This document shows positions 1 through 12,342 of a stretch of 64,000 nucleotides of DNA, piece by piece (the stretch's first letter is position 1; the number at the start of each line of letters is the position of its first letter). The position numbers were made by a program, and so were the translations under genes. The notes under the pieces were generated by a model that worked only from the letters and a program-made list of their open reading frames with translations, was not told the DNA's origin and did no database searches. The DNA is from Yuukianura sp. NJ FZ-2021 (taxonomy: Eukaryota), in contig CM102285.1 in the NCBI GenBank assembly GCA_046563655.1, positions 2,232,001-2,296,000 of the forward strand, read 5' to 3'.

Positions 1-18
1 GTTTAACATTTTTCCCAG

Positions 19-202
19 CATGGCCATTCTGTTTTTCTTCTTCGCTGGGCTCATGACCTTCGGCACTGCAATTTTCATTCTCCTCGGGTACAGTTACATA
101 CCACGTTCGATTCCCGAAGAAGCACCGACGACTCCGCCATCACGTAGGAGACCTGTTCGCAGAACGTCAATAGCAGAAGCAGTTGCAACTGGAATCAAGT
201 AA
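19..202 (+). CDS. Terminal exon of a membrane-protein gene that starts upstream of the window (transporter-like)
   Basis: Acceptor tttttcccag at 9-18, one hydrophobic TM segment (AILFFFFAGLMTFGTAIFILLGY), a basic tail, stop at 202 and AATAAA near 266. Confidence 0.55.
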
Positions 203-1120
203 ACTTTTAACTGAATTTTAACTACATACACGTCAAACGCAAGTATCACGTTTTTACTTTTTTAAAATAAACGATATCCGCACCCCTCATCGTAATACTG
301 AAATACGTTTGTGGAAAAGATTTCACCTTGAACTTCTGAAGTTCATGACGGCTATTGTAGTTATTTTACCGTCCAGTATTGACACATTTTTTCTCTTTCC
401 TTAGAAATCTCGTGTCGTCAAATGGATTGATTTCTTTTGACATCATTCTCAATACAAACTTCCATCAAATGAAAATAATTTCCTAATTGATTTAGATAAT
501 TCATTTTCAATGTCACTTGTGTAAATGGGATTTGGAAAAAAAAAATGTCGTTAGTTGAAATTGATTGATTAAAGTAGTCACTGACGATTGATCGATTACT
601 AATCGGCTAATCAATCAAACTCTACCTCCATGGATCTTCCCATCAATAGAATTGTCAATGGAATCACGAAAAAAAATTCAGTTTTGGGGATGTTGCTTCC
701 CAATTTTTTCGAAAAAAAAACTGAAATAAGAAAAGAAAATCTACTTGCTTTAAAACATTATAACTTCTTAAATTCTCAACCTGCCATTATTGGCAGGTGT
801 ATGTTTGTCTTTTATATTAAATTTATAAAACTATGCAGCAAATAAAAAAAAAAAGAATTGAAAGTTCAACAGTGTTTGGTATTATAAGGTCGACGGCCAA
901 CGAAGAAATGAAAGACAAAGCATTGGAAATTCACAAGACGAGGCAATTTGTGCTTTTTGAATGCTACAAATGACTCAGTCCGTTGTGCTCCTTCAATTAC
1001 ATCACCTTGCTTACATTTCATTTTAGCTGGAGCGTTAACCACTACACCAGGAGAACCCAGTTGGAAGACGAATGTGAAACTCGCGTTATTTCTGTGTAGT
1101 ACGGAAGCGTAAAAGGGACA

Positions 1121-1370
1121 TTGGGTTTCTCACTTCTTACACAACTTTCTCACTGCTTTGCACAACTTTCTCACATCTTAAAACTGGGTTTCTCACTTCT
1201 TCCACAACTTTCTCACTTCTTAAAACTGGGTTTCTCACTTCTTACGCAACTTTCTCACTTCTTAAAACTGGGTTTCTCACTTCTTACGCAACTTTCTCAC
1301 TTCTTAAAACTGGGTTTCTCACTTCTTACGCAACTTCCTCACTTCTCAAAACTGGGTTTCTCACTTCTTG
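1121..1370 (+). repeat. 42-bp tandem minisatellite (left arm of the foldback element)
   Basis: Unit aaactgggtttctcacttcttacgcaactttctcacttctta, about 6 copies. Confidence 0.9.
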
Positions 1371-1799
1371 AAACCCGGTGTATAGCTTTCATAATTGTAT
1401 CTGTCGCTGAAATACGTTTCAACTATAGTTATATTTGCCAGGTTAGGTTTCCAATCTCGCTTTAGCGACATAGTGCAACATATGACGAGATGATAATGGT
1501 CAAGTTTAAGCGTTTGTTGACAAAAAAAAAAACAACGTTTTTGGAACACAGCGGAGTTTTTTTTTTAAATATGCAACTGCCTGCATTCCGTTGGCCATTT
1601 TCATGCACTTTGAGTTACGACTCTGTACATTTGTACAGATGTGCAGAGTCGTACATAAATATGTACGAATCTGCTAATCGGATGGATTATGTTACCAGCG
1701 TACGTTACTTACGCTGCATTAGTGGTGGTGCATTCAGTACTTTTCTGGAACAGTACTTTAATTAGCCCAGTTTTACAAATAATCCCATTTCCAAAACTG

Positions 1800-2038
1800 G
1801 GTACCCAGTTCTACGAAGTGAGAAACCCAGTTTTAAGAAGTGAGAAAGTTGCGTAAGAAGTGAGAAACCCAGTTTTAAGAAGTGAGAAAGTTGTGGAAGA
1901 AGTGAGAAACCCAGTTTTAAGAAGTGAGAAAGTTGTGGAAGAAGTGAGAAGCCCAGTTTTAAGAACTGAGAAAGTTGTGGAAGAAGTGAGAAACCCAGTT
2001 TTAAGAAGTGAGAAAGTTGTCGAAGAAGTGAGAAACCC
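1800..2038 (-). repeat. 42-bp tandem minisatellite (right arm, inverted relative to 1121-1370)
   Basis: Unit taagaagtgagaaagttgtggaagaagtgagaaacccagttt is the reverse complement of the left array. Confidence 0.9.
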
Positions 2039-2674
2039 TAACCATCAACGACCAACTACGAAATAGATTCTAAACTGCGTAAAGCCACGTGTGTGGGGGC
2101 AGTTAGAATATTGTATAAAAAAAAAGCAAATCTTACTTATGAAAAATAAATAAACTTGAATTCTTAAAAAAAAAAAAAACCCAATGTCCCTTTTACGCTT
2201 CCGTAGTGTAGCGCCCTACTGTTTAAATCATGTTGAAACATCAACAAAGAAAAAAAAAAGAATCCAGAGAGGTGGTCTCGAACCTACACTCTTTACCTCT
2301 CTTCTTCCCCCAACTCTCTATCTTTAACCACACGGCCACACTCGCTGTTTTGTCTACTACTACTTCTTCCATTCCTGCTCTTAAGATTACGATGGACAGA
2401 TTCGCTTATTACCCAATTTCCCATAAGACTTATGGTGCACTTCCTGACTGATTGGTAAGACCCTCAGAAAAGTACGACCACACTTTTCGCATTAGCACAC
2501 GCTAATAAACAGCACACCTGACGATTATTTGACGAAAACAGGACCCTTCGCCAAGAAAACTTAGGTTTTCTGGAAGATGTTTCTGAAAAACCCGGGAAAA
2601 CCCCTAACGAATACTTATTATAGTTGTTGAGTTTATTTTTATGGTGCACCTGCATACTTTTATGTTCTTTAAAT

Positions 2675-2885
2675 TGTACAATTTCAAACTTTTCGGTTTT
2701 TGATGTTGCACAATTTCAAACTATTTAGCTTTTCAGATGCACAACCGGCCACTTTTTGGTTTTTCTGTTTGCACCAATTCCACCTTCTCGTTTTTTCCCT
2801 GCACAAATTCCTCTTTTTCGTTTTTCTCCTACACAAATTCCAGTTTTAGGTTTTACTTGCTGCACCATTCCAAACTTTTGCGATT
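2675..2885. repeat. Degenerate ~30-bp tandem repeat
   Basis: Recurring (tg)cacaaattc...ttttcgttttt units. Confidence 0.55.
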
Positions 2886-3514
2886 TCGTTTTGTTTTCAA
2901 CAATAATTTAAAACGTAGAATTGCTGTTGAAAACTAGCTACTATGGGAATTCCTTAGATTTTGACAATGAAATTAAATTATTCAATCCAAAGTGACTAAC
3001 TTCATTGACAAAACTTTATGATACCCAGCCCCCTGCAAATGGCGCCCTTGGCAACCAACAGAATTTTTTGTTTGTGACGTCACCAGCTGAAAAATACCGT
3101 AATCGTCAAATTGGAACCCTCTGGCATTTATGTAAACAAGATGTGTCTTACGGGTTTCTATAGGACACCACCAATAATTGGCAGAATTCCGGTATTTTCA
3201 GCGGGTGACGTCATTTTTTTTCCACATGGCAACCAAACAAACTTTCCATTCGCACTACCTAGTAGTATTCTATTTACCTTGTATGATACCTACGTTTTAC
3301 AACATTACCAAAATTTGACACGCCCTTCCTCATCGTATAATGGTTGTTGTGTCAAATTTTCTTGATGTTGTAATGTATAATTCACCAATTTTTTGTGGGG
3401 CCCAAATCACAACCAAAACCGTAACCTTCCTTGATTGTTTGGATCAATTTGATTACCGTTGCGTAAATCAACACTCGGTGCTGAACATATTCACAACCAT
3501 AAATATGAAAAGTG

Positions 3515-3720
3515 TTACTTTTGTCACTGGCAATCCACAAAAGTTATTCACTTGGAAAATCAGTTTATAGTCCAGTGGCGTTGGGCGCATGGGCAATGGT
3601 TTTGCTTGGTATTGGAGTGACTCTGGGAATGACCTGCGCCGTATGTCAACAATATTCGCACGTAGTGACTTCAGGTTCGCCTGTATCACACAAGTTGTGT
3701 GGTGCACCTTGGACTTACTA
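3515..3720 (+). pseudogene. Ionotropic receptor relic (S1/TM1 region)
   Basis: Aligns by eye to the intact IR at ~8757-8945 (TFVTGNPQKLFTWK / SVYSPVALGAWAMVLLGIGVT), with a +1 frameshift (tggaaaatc vs tggaaatc). Confidence 0.85.
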
Positions 3721-4347
3721 CTATACTGGTAGAATGGAATACACTCCGGATGTACTAAATATTATCTTACAAATATTTTTATATCTTTCATGCGAAAATA
3801 TTTGTTTGGAAAAAGAAACGCGTTTCATTTTTCGTTTGAATCATATAGACAACTAAAAATTTAGCTAGAAATTGAAGTCAATTTTTTTTATTGTGTTTGT
3901 GTGAACTCAGATTCATAAAAGCCTGACACTTTTTTGCACTATTTAGGACCTATTCTTTTGTTACATTTGTTTGTTGATGCAGAAAGACTGTTATTTTTAT
4001 CGGAATCCTGTTTTGTAAGGGTCCACTGTTGTAAGGATCCACTTTTGTAGGTATCCACTTTTGAAGGTTACGAATTTGTAAAGTAGGATTTGTAAAATAT
4101 CCACTTTTGTCTATCCACTTCTGTCGGCGGATCGTTTTTGGTTATATTTGCATCACAATGGTAGCTTTATTACCTATTTGTATGAAGATATAATGCTAAT
4201 TTTTTTGAAAACTCAGCTGCCATATGCCAGTTTCCGTAAAATTCCAGACTTCGGCGAGCCTATAAATTTTTCGTTTTCGTCGCGCATTGATAGAATCTCG
4301 AAAAAAAAGAAAAGAAATAAAGCTATAGCAGAATCCAAGTGGAAACC

Positions 4348-5061
4348 ATGGAGCCGAAACTTATGTTTTTGACATTTGCTGCAACACTTTTCTGTGTCGG
4401 TTTCTGCGCCAACTCCAGGTCGGCGTACAAGCTGACGCCAGGCGTCCTGAAGAAGCAGTGTACACAATGTCGTTGTACAGGAAATGAACCACTAGATCCA
4501 GGCAGTATCCATCATCTGTTGAAACAACCACGCTCTATTCAGTACTCCAGCAAATTGCGACTTCAGTACATCTCACTGGTTACAACTGGCAAACCCTTGG
4601 AAGACGATGACGCTTTTGAGCGGCTCTTTTGTCCTGGACACATGACGATGAAGCTGCGGCTCAGAACCAAATCCATACTCACATTCAAACTGGATGGGAA
4701 GCCGGATGTAGCCAGTCGTTGCAAACATGACAAGCGTCGGTTTGAATGTCAATGGCCACGACTTGGATTGCTCTTCAAAAACTCAACCAATCAAATGCTT
4801 AAATCCGCGGCAGACTCACTCTTGGGCGACTACATAACAAAGACGCACTACGTTTGGGCAGATGACACTGCGGTACTGTATACGACTTGTACTGGCACGG
4901 AAGGATACAGTGGATGGCAAGTGAATTCAACTAAAGAAAAACTGAGTAAGCAACAAAGGAAAATGATCAAAAATATAGTAAAAGAACTGGGATTCAAACA
5001 GTCGGACACAATAAACGTAAGAAAGATGTGTAATAAAATTAAGAAACGTGGAGCAATCTAA
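4348..5061 (+). CDS. Secreted basic lipocalin-like protein, paralog 1 (intronless)
   Basis: Signal peptide and CTQCRC motif. The C-terminal YVWADD...C...GWQV-S-...L...K-I-KELGF resembles lipocalin SCR2/SCR3 plus the helix. The gene is clear but the fold is inferred. Confidence 0.8.
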   Translation: MEPKLMFLTFAATLFCVGFCANSRSAYKLTPGVLKKQCTQCRCTGNEPLDPGSIHHLLKQPRSIQYSSKLRLQYISLVTTGKPLEDDDAFERLFCPGHMTMKLRLRTKSILTFKLDGKPDVASRCKHDKRRFECQWPRLGLLFKNSTNQMLKSAADSLLGDYITKTHYVWADDTAVLYTTCTGTEGYSGWQVNSTKEKLSKQQRKMIKNIVKELGFKQSDTINVRKMCNKIKKRGAI

Positions 5062-5762
5062 TGTATTGTAGTACTAAATATGATTTGAAATAAATAAAAC
5101 GCCCCATAATTTGAAAATCATCACAGTTTACCTTACTCCAAAACTATAAAGGGTTTATTTAGGTGCGAAAGCTGCTTTTTATGAATCTACCTTGGCTGTC
5201 TGGCCGCAGGAAAAGTTTGATGCTCGTGATGTTAAGTGCGGAAGTGGAACTTTTGAAGTAATTTAAGAATAGTTCTGAAAAAGTTCGATTTTTTTTTATC
5301 TCGCGCAAATCATTTGTCAGTTTGGATACTATTTTAAGAATTACGACGAAGTTTTTTTTTAGTATGTTTCACTGTTTCATGGAATTTGAGTGGCACTTTT
5401 TGTTGAGTGTGACTTCACACTTACACTCCTAAACTATAAATAATTTATAAATTATACTACCACTTAATTATGTTTTCGCCGATTTTTTCTGAAACTATTT
5501 TGTTTTTACGTCGACCTTTGCATTGACTTTTTTTAAGACGACTTTTCAGTTGCTGTAAAAAAATTAAGTCGACATAGCAATTTTTTTTGTTGCAGATTTT
5601 TTCAAATGCTTTTGCTAATTGCTTATATTTGCATGACAAAGCAAAAATGAATATGCAATGATAACCACATTCATATTAAAACGTAATAATAATTTTTTTG
5701 ACAGAAAATTTGATAAACTTTGAGGGGCTGGTAACCATATGCCAATTTTCATAAAATGCCAG

Positions 5763-6140
5763 TAGAGCTTCAATATTTGAATACGAATATTCGATTATTC
5801 GAATACGAAGCCTCTTCTTAATTCGAATACCAACGGGATATATTCGAATAGTTGGGTGGGAATTGATTGGATATGGGTGAGTGTTCCTTTTAGAATCAGG
5901 AACAAATAATTCACCGTTTTAAACTAAATAAAATTGAAAAAATATAAATTATAAATAATAATAAAAACAAAAAACATATAGCTAGAATAAAAATGTGTTA
6001 AAATCAAATAGGAATTACACATCCATCCTTGAAAATTTATGCGTAAATTCGTATTCGTTATTCGAATATTCCGGTTTTCCTATTCGAATACCTATTTGCT
6101 ATTCGAATATTGAGCATAGTGTTCGAATATTGAAGCTCTA
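5763..6140. mobile_element. hAT-type MITE upstream of paralog 2
   Basis: TIR tagagcttcaatatt / aatattgaagctcta, 8-bp TSD aatgccag (5755-5762, 6141-6148), internal attcgaat repeats, and an empty site in the paralogous flank at ~12809-12816. Confidence 0.92.
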
Positions 6141-6277
6141 AATGCCAGACTCCGACAAGCCTATAAATATCTCCTTTTCGTCGTGAATTATGTGAAAGAC
6201 GAAATAGTTAGAATAGCAAAATTAGGAGAATCTCGAAAGAGAAAAGAAATAACACTTTCTCCGTAGAAGAAAGAACT

Positions 6278-6994
6278 ATGAAGCCGAAAATTATGTTCCT
6301 GACATTTGTTACAACACTTTTCTGTGTTGTTTTCTGCGCAAACTCACGGTTGTCGTACGAGTTAACGCCAGGCATGCTAGAAAAGCAGTGTACACAGTGT
6401 CGTTGTACAGGAAATGAACCACTAGATCCAAAGAGTGTCAATTCCCGAGTGCGAACACCACGCTCAATGCACTACGCTAGCAAATTAAGGCTTCAGTTCC
6501 TGTCACTCGTCTCAAGTGGCAAACCCTTGGGAGATGAAGACGATTTTGAGCGGATCTTTTGTGATGGAAATACCACAGTGAAAATGCGGCCAAGAAACAA
6601 ATCTATCGTGACATGGGCAGAGCGTGAGAGGCCTGATGTAAAAATTCGTTGCAAACATGTCCAGCATCGGTTTCAATGTAAATGGCCAAGAGTCGGATTA
6701 CTCTACAAAAATTCTACCAATCCCATGCTTAAATCCATCGCTGAATCTATTTTGGGCAACCACAAGACAAATAAGTTTCAATACGTTTGGGCAGATGACA
6801 CGACGATGCTCATTACGACTTGCTGTGGAAAGGAAGGATACAGTGGATGGCAAGTGAGTTCAACAAAAGAACGACTGGGTAAGCAACAATGGAAAACGAT
6901 CAAAAAAATATTAATAGAACTCGGATTCAAAAATTCCAACACGGTAAACGTGAAAAAGAGATGTAATAAAATTAAGAAACTTAAAGCAATGTAA
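6278..6994 (+). CDS. Secreted basic lipocalin-like protein, paralog 2
   Basis: Intact 238-aa ORF with signal peptide and the same motifs. Nearly identical to paralog 4. Confidence 0.8.
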   Translation: MKPKIMFLTFVTTLFCVVFCANSRLSYELTPGMLEKQCTQCRCTGNEPLDPKSVNSRVRTPRSMHYASKLRLQFLSLVSSGKPLGDEDDFERIFCDGNTTVKMRPRNKSIVTWAERERPDVKIRCKHVQHRFQCKWPRVGLLYKNSTNPMLKSIAESILGNHKTNKFQYVWADDTTMLITTCCGKEGYSGWQVSSTKERLGKQQWKTIKKILIELGFKNSNTVNVKKRCNKIKKLKAM

Positions 6995-7780
6995 CGTGTT
7001 ACACAGATAAATAAATGAATAAAAAGTTCCCGAATTTGAAGATCATTAAACTCCGAAACTATAAATACTTTATTTTTGCGAAAGCTACTTTATGAATATA
7101 ATGGATGTCTGGCCGGCCTCTGTCAGCAGCGTGTGGCCTTGATAATTTGGATCAATCCAATTAACTTTTGCGTAAATCACAATTCGGGTCTGAAAAATTT
7201 TGCAATCATATGTGAAAAGTTACTCTCATCACATGAAAACATCACAATTAAATCAAATTCATTTTTCTACTAGAACCTTGTTTGGAATTCCCGCAAAACC
7301 GTTTAACGCTGACCTTGAAAACGTGTTCGAAATTTTCTTCAGTCAAACTGAGGTAGAGACTATCGGTGACCTTGAACGTTTGACATTCATGTTGTGTAGA
7401 AAAAAAACCATTTGAACAACATCTCCATTACAGCATTCACTTTTGCTCAATCCAAGAATGTCCTTCTTACACTAGAGCAAAACCCGGGATTTACCGTGGA
7501 AAAAGTTTGATGCTCGTGATTTTACGCGCAGAAGTCGAACTTTTGAAGTAATTGAAGAATAATCCTGAAGAGAAATTTAATTTATTAGCACGCGCATATC
7601 ATTCGTCAGTTTGGATAATATTTCAAGCATATTACCACCAAGTTGGTTTTTCATGTTTTACTGTCACGGGATTTGAGTGGCACTTTGTTGAGTGTGACTT
7701 CACACTTAAAGTAATTAAAAAAAATAAGGTGACGGGCTTCCAGAATTTTGTGCTGCAGAACCAAGCCATCAACTACGAAA

Positions 7781-9727
7781 ATGCAACGGTGCTGCAACAT
7801 GTTCGACGTCGCACTTGCTGTGATCTTCTTCCTCAGAATCACTGCGGGATCATTTCAAAGTGACATTCAAAATTTTAATCAACAACAAGACAGAGTTCTT
7901 CAAAAAATGTCAAAAGTAAAAATATTCTTGTTGGAAATGGTTGCAAGACAGCCTTGTTCCGTTACTCTACTGATCAATCCCTATCGTGTAAATGTTGGAC
8001 TGCTGTCGTGGCAGTCGCTGGCACAAAATTTGGAATGGCTGAAATCGCTTCAAGGAATTTCGTTAGTTACAGCCAACAACATTTGGGAATCAAAAACTCC
8101 CGCCCAGAAAAGAAATAACTGCCTCGTGATTTTGACCACGCTGGGAGAAACTTCGGAAGAATTTGACCTTTCAGAAGGTTATCGACAGCAAAATGTTTAC
8201 TTTGTATTTCTGTCAAGGACTTTCCTAGACTATGATTGGTTGAAGTCCCACCAACCACAACTTAAGCACAAACTTTACTTAAGTTTCGAATACCACAAAT
8301 TGATTGCGACTTCAACGTTTTGTAGTCCAGGAAAAAATGGAATCTTCGTGACTTACTCAATTAATTCCGAAAATTCTCCAAAATTAAATCTTCGTTTTAA
8401 CGAAATCTTCCCAGATTATTTTGAAATTGGCGGATTTTTTGGCAGTTCCATTACCGTTACGGTTGCAACGCTTGCAACATGGGTGATAGAACTCCAGTTG
8501 TCACAGGATGGGGCCTGGACGTTTCGGCGCGGACCGGACAAAGAACTGTTTCCACTGCTCATGCGTCGGTTCAACTTTACCGCCACGTTACAACCGTCTT
8601 CTGGAGGCGGAGCTACCGGTCGTGAAATCAACGGAACGTGGAACGGAGCTGTAGGTGACGTCTACGCAGGTCGAGCTGACATGGGAACTTCCGTTGGCAT
8701 GACGCCAGATCGAGCATCTGTCCTTTCCATAACTCAACCTAACAGCTACGCCCGCCTTACTTTTGTCACAGACAATCCACAAAAGTTCTTCACTTGGAAA
8801 TCAGTTTATAGTCCACTGGCTTTGTGCGCATGGACAATGGTTTTTCTTGGCATTGGGGTTACCATTTCCATAGCCTGCGCCATAAGTCAACAATATTCGC
8901 TCGTAGTGAGTGTATATTCACTTGCGTGGTACACTTTGGACATACTTCTAGAAAAAGGTTCTCCATACGTGACGTCCAAGATTACCGGTTCGCATTTCCG
9001 CTTGTATTTTTCTATGTGGTTTATTTTTTCAATCGTCATGACGACTGCTTACCGTTCAAAAATTATTGGATTTTTGATGTTTCCTGAAATGACGACACTA
9101 CCTACAACGTTTGAAGAACTGGCAGCATCCGACTACAAATTGGTTCTTCAGTACATTGGAGGATTGGGGTATGAAAAATTAAGAATTTCAACTAATCCAA
9201 GTCACCGAGAAATATTCAAAAAACTTCACAAGGAAAAAGACGTCGTGAAATGCATAGAGGATACATTTGATTCCAGAACTGTCTGTATTGTGTGGAACCA
9301 AATTGTGGAGTACTTGAAGCATTCTTTTTCAGACAGATATGGACGGCTGGCTTTTACGCCTGCGCCGGCGGCAATCTTTTTCACGCCTGTTGGAATCCCT
9401 TTGCCCAAAGACTCTCATATTGTGGCAAGCCTGGATAAATTCGTGGGATATGCAACCAGTATGGGCTTGTTTAACAAATGGCTTCACATGGACCACAGTT
9501 TCATCCGGCGGGAAAGTTTGAAAAATTTAAATTCAACTGATGCTGCTCGTATTCCGCTTGAAGGAAACACCAATGTGCTAAGTTTAAGTCATTTACAGGG
9601 AGCATTCTATGTGCTTCTGAGTGGACTAATCGTTTCAAGTTGCACCTTTGCCCTATCCACTTTTTTTATTTTGTGTTCTCACAGGAAAGTCTTCCTGAAA
9701 GAAAGGCACGTAAAAAGCAAAATATGA
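7781..9727 (+). CDS. Divergent ionotropic receptor (IR, iGluR family), intronless
   Basis: S1 motif NGTWNGAVGDVYAGRADMG, TM1, TM2 with TTAYRSKIIGFL, S2 with GLFNKW, and TM3 LSLSHLQGAFYVLLSG. Start is ATG 7781 or 7799. Confidence 0.92.
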   Translation: MQRCCNMFDVALAVIFFLRITAGSFQSDIQNFNQQQDRVLQKMSKVKIFLLEMVARQPCSVTLLINPYRVNVGLLSWQSLAQNLEWLKSLQGISLVTANNIWESKTPAQKRNNCLVILTTLGETSEEFDLSEGYRQQNVYFVFLSRTFLDYDWLKSHQPQLKHKLYLSFEYHKLIATSTFCSPGKNGIFVTYSINSENSPKLNLRFNEIFPDYFEIGGFFGSSITVTVATLATWVIELQLSQDGAWTFRRGPDKELFPLLMRRFNFTATLQPSSGGGATGREINGTWNGAVGDVYAGRADMGTSVGMTPDRASVLSITQPNSYARLTFVTDNPQKFFTWKSVYSPLALCAWTMVFLGIGVTISIACAISQQYSLVVSVYSLAWYTLDILLEKGSPYVTSKITGSHFRLYFSMWFIFSIVMTTAYRSKIIGFLMFPEMTTLPTTFEELAASDYKLVLQYIGGLGYEKLRISTNPSHREIFKKLHKEKDVVKCIEDTFDSRTVCIVWNQIVEYLKHSFSDRYGRLAFTPAPAAIFFTPVGIPLPKDSHIVASLDKFVGYATSMGLFNKWLHMDHSFIRRESLKNLNSTDAARIPLEGNTNVLSLSHLQGAFYVLLSGLIVSSCTFALSTFFILCSHRKVFLKERHVKSKI

Positions 9728-10162
9728 ATTTAGCATTTCGAATTTCGCTGCAAACTTCGGTGCGATGGGGCATGAGCATACCCTAGGAAAAGCTTCCCAA
9801 AAAGGAATGCAAAGCAATACAATAAAATTGAAAGAACTCGGATTCCGAAATTAGAGACATATTGTATTTTTATTGTGTTTGTGAAGATTCATAAAGTCCG
9901 ACACTCTTTTTTACGCTATTTGGGACATACTTTGTTCAATTTGTCTATTGATGCTAATAGACTGTTTTTGGTTATATTTGCATCACAATGGTAGTTATTT
10001 CCAATTCGTATGAACACTTAATACTAATTTTTTAAAAACTCAGGTAGCCATTTGCCAGTTTCCATAAAATTCCAGACTTCGGCGAGGCCATAAATATCTC
10101 ATTTTCGTCGTGAATTAATACCATCTAAAGATAACATTCTCTTTAGAGTCAAAGCGAGAACC

Positions 10163-10852
10163 ATGAAGCCGAAAATTATATTCCTAGCATTAGTTACAAC
10201 ACTCTTCTGCGTCGGTTTCTGCGCAAACTCCCGGTCGTCGTACGAGATGACGCCAAGAGTCCTGGAGAAGCAGTGTACACAGTGCCGTTGTACAGGAAAT
10301 CAACCATTAGATACAGGAAGGATCAATTCTCTAGTGTCACAACCACGCTCAATTCACTACATGAGCAAATTGATGCTTCAGTACATGTCACTGGTCACAA
10401 CTGGCAAGTTCTTGGGAGACAATGGCGATCTTCAGCAGACCTTTTGTCCTGGAAGGATTTCGTACAAAGTGAGGTCCAGGACCAAATCCATCCTCAAATT
10501 AAAACCGCATGGGATGTCTGATGTGACTTCTCGTTGCAAACATGTTGGTCATCAGTGTTTATGCAAATGGCCAAGAATCAGAACGCTTTACAAAAATTTT
10601 ACTAATCCAGTGCTTAAATCTACCGCTGACTCTATCTTGGGCAACTACGTAACAGAGGCGCGCTATGTTTGGGCAGATGACACTACAGTAATCGCTACCA
10701 CTTGTTTTGGGACGGAAGGATACAGCGGTTGGCTGGTGAGCTCAACAAAAGAAAGACTGAGTAAGCAACAGAGGAAAACGGTCAAACAAATATTAAAAGA
10801 ACTCGGATTCAAAAAGTCCGACACCGTAAACGTAACAAAGAGATGTGCTTAA
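10163..10852 (+). CDS. Secreted basic lipocalin-like protein, paralog 3
   Basis: 229-aa ORF of the same family with a slightly earlier stop. Confidence 0.8.
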   Translation: MKPKIIFLALVTTLFCVGFCANSRSSYEMTPRVLEKQCTQCRCTGNQPLDTGRINSLVSQPRSIHYMSKLMLQYMSLVTTGKFLGDNGDLQQTFCPGRISYKVRSRTKSILKLKPHGMSDVTSRCKHVGHQCLCKWPRIRTLYKNFTNPVLKSTADSILGNYVTEARYVWADDTTVIATTCFGTEGYSGWLVSSTKERLSKQQRKTVKQILKELGFKKSDTVNVTKRCA

Positions 10853-11625
10853 ATAAGAAATCCAAAGTAATCTAAGTAATCAGTATATAGACATGCAATA
10901 AAAAAAATACAAAAAAAAACGCTCCGTAATTTGAAAATCGCCATAGTTTTTCCAGATTGCAAAACTATAAATTACTGTTTTAAGTAGCGAAAGCTACTTT
11001 ATGTGTCTGCCCTGTCTGTCAGGCCGGCCGGCCATCCGTATTAGCAATTACTTGAAGCTTGAATTCGAAGCTTTGACAAAAACGCTCGCGGAGTGAACGT
11101 TATTGATGTAAGAAAATAGTTTTCTTGAAAAAGTACGAGGTTTTGGTAATTTTTGGATTTTCTTTGAAAGCTTGAAAAAGAAATGCTGAAACATATTTTT
11201 TCCAAACATTCCATATTTTATAATATAAGAATACAAGAAGTACATTGTGTAATTTAATAATTTTTTGTATTGCTAGAAAACGAAAGCAGTTTTTTTTAAA
11301 TTGTGTTTGTGTGAACTCGGTCCGGCTCCGGAGAGCGAATTTACTATTTTATGCTATTTGCAACTTTTCTTTGTTCTATTTGTTTGTTGGTGTAGAAAGC
11401 CTTTTGTTTTTTTCTGGTCATATTTGCATGACAATGGTAGCTTATTATCAACTTGTATGCAGAAATAATGATAGTTGTTCGAAATCGAGTCGGCGGGTAA
11501 CCATATGCCAGTTTCCATAAAATTTCAGACTTCAGGGAGCCCATAAATATCTCATTTTCGTAGTCAATTAACAGAATCTCGAAAAAAGAAAAGAAATAAA
11601 GCTTTAGTGGATCCAAGTCGAAACT

Positions 11626-12342
11626 ATGAAGCCGAAAATTATGTTCCTGATATTTGTTACAACACTTTTCTGTGTTGTTTTCTGCGCAAACTCACGGTCG
11701 TCGTACGAGGTAACGCCAGGCTTGCTAGAAAAGCAGTGTACACAGTGTCGTTGTATAGGAAATGAACCACTGGATCCAAGTAGTGTCAATTCCCGAGTGC
11801 GACAACCACGCTCAATTCACTACGCTAGCAAATTAAGGCTTCAGTTCCTGTCACTCGTCTCAAGTGGCAAACCCTTGGGAGATGAAGACGATTTTGAGCG
11901 GATCTTTTGTGATGGAAATACCACAGTGAAAATGCGGCCAAGAAACAAATCTATCGTGACATGGGCAGAGCGTGAGAAGCCTGATGTAAAAATTCGTTGC
12001 AAACATGTCCAGCATCGGTTTCAATGTAAATGGCCAAGAGTCGGATTACTCTACAAAAATTCTACCAATCCCATGCTTAAATCCATCGCTGAATCTATTT
12101 TGGGCAACCACAAGACAAATAAGTTTCAATACGTTTGGGCAGATGACACGACGATGCTCATTACGACTTGCTGTGGAAAGGAAGGATACAGTGGATGGCA
12201 AGTGAGTTCAACAAAAGAACGACTGAGTAAGCAACAATGGAAAACGATCAAAAAAATATTAATAGAACTCGGATTCAAAAATTCCGACACGGTAAACGTA
12301 AAAAAGAGATGTAATGAAATTGTGAAACTTAAAGCAATCTAA
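11626..12342 (+). CDS. Secreted basic lipocalin-like protein, paralog 4
   Basis: Intact 238-aa ORF of the same family. Confidence 0.8.
   Translation: MKPKIMFLIFVTTLFCVVFCANSRSSYEVTPGLLEKQCTQCRCIGNEPLDPSSVNSRVRQPRSIHYASKLRLQFLSLVSSGKPLGDEDDFERIFCDGNTTVKMRPRNKSIVTWAEREKPDVKIRCKHVQHRFQCKWPRVGLLYKNSTNPMLKSIAESILGNHKTNKFQYVWADDTTMLITTCCGKEGYSGWQVSSTKERLSKQQWKTIKKILIELGFKNSDTVNVKKRCNEIVKLKAI

Larger units (their letters stand above)
1100..2205. mobile_element. Non-autonomous foldback DNA transposon, IS3EU-like
   Basis: Perfect 29-bp TIR tacggaagcgtaaaagggacattgggttt (1100-1128 / 2177-2205) and a 6-bp TSD gtgtag (1094-1099, 2206-2211). TAY..RTA termini with a 6-bp TSD fit IS3EU. No transposase ORF. 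Confidence 0.85.

Noticed and set aside
1121-2066. Repetitive ORFs (LKLGFSLLTQLSHF; VRNPVLRSEKVVEE) and a CRISPR-like look
   Set aside because: These are translations of the 42-bp minisatellite. There are no unique spacers or cas genes, and the context is eukaryotic.
3075-3213. Imperfect inverted repeat tgacgtcacc.gctgaaaa.taccg
   Set aside because: Probably a decayed MITE core. The ends and TSD cannot be defined.
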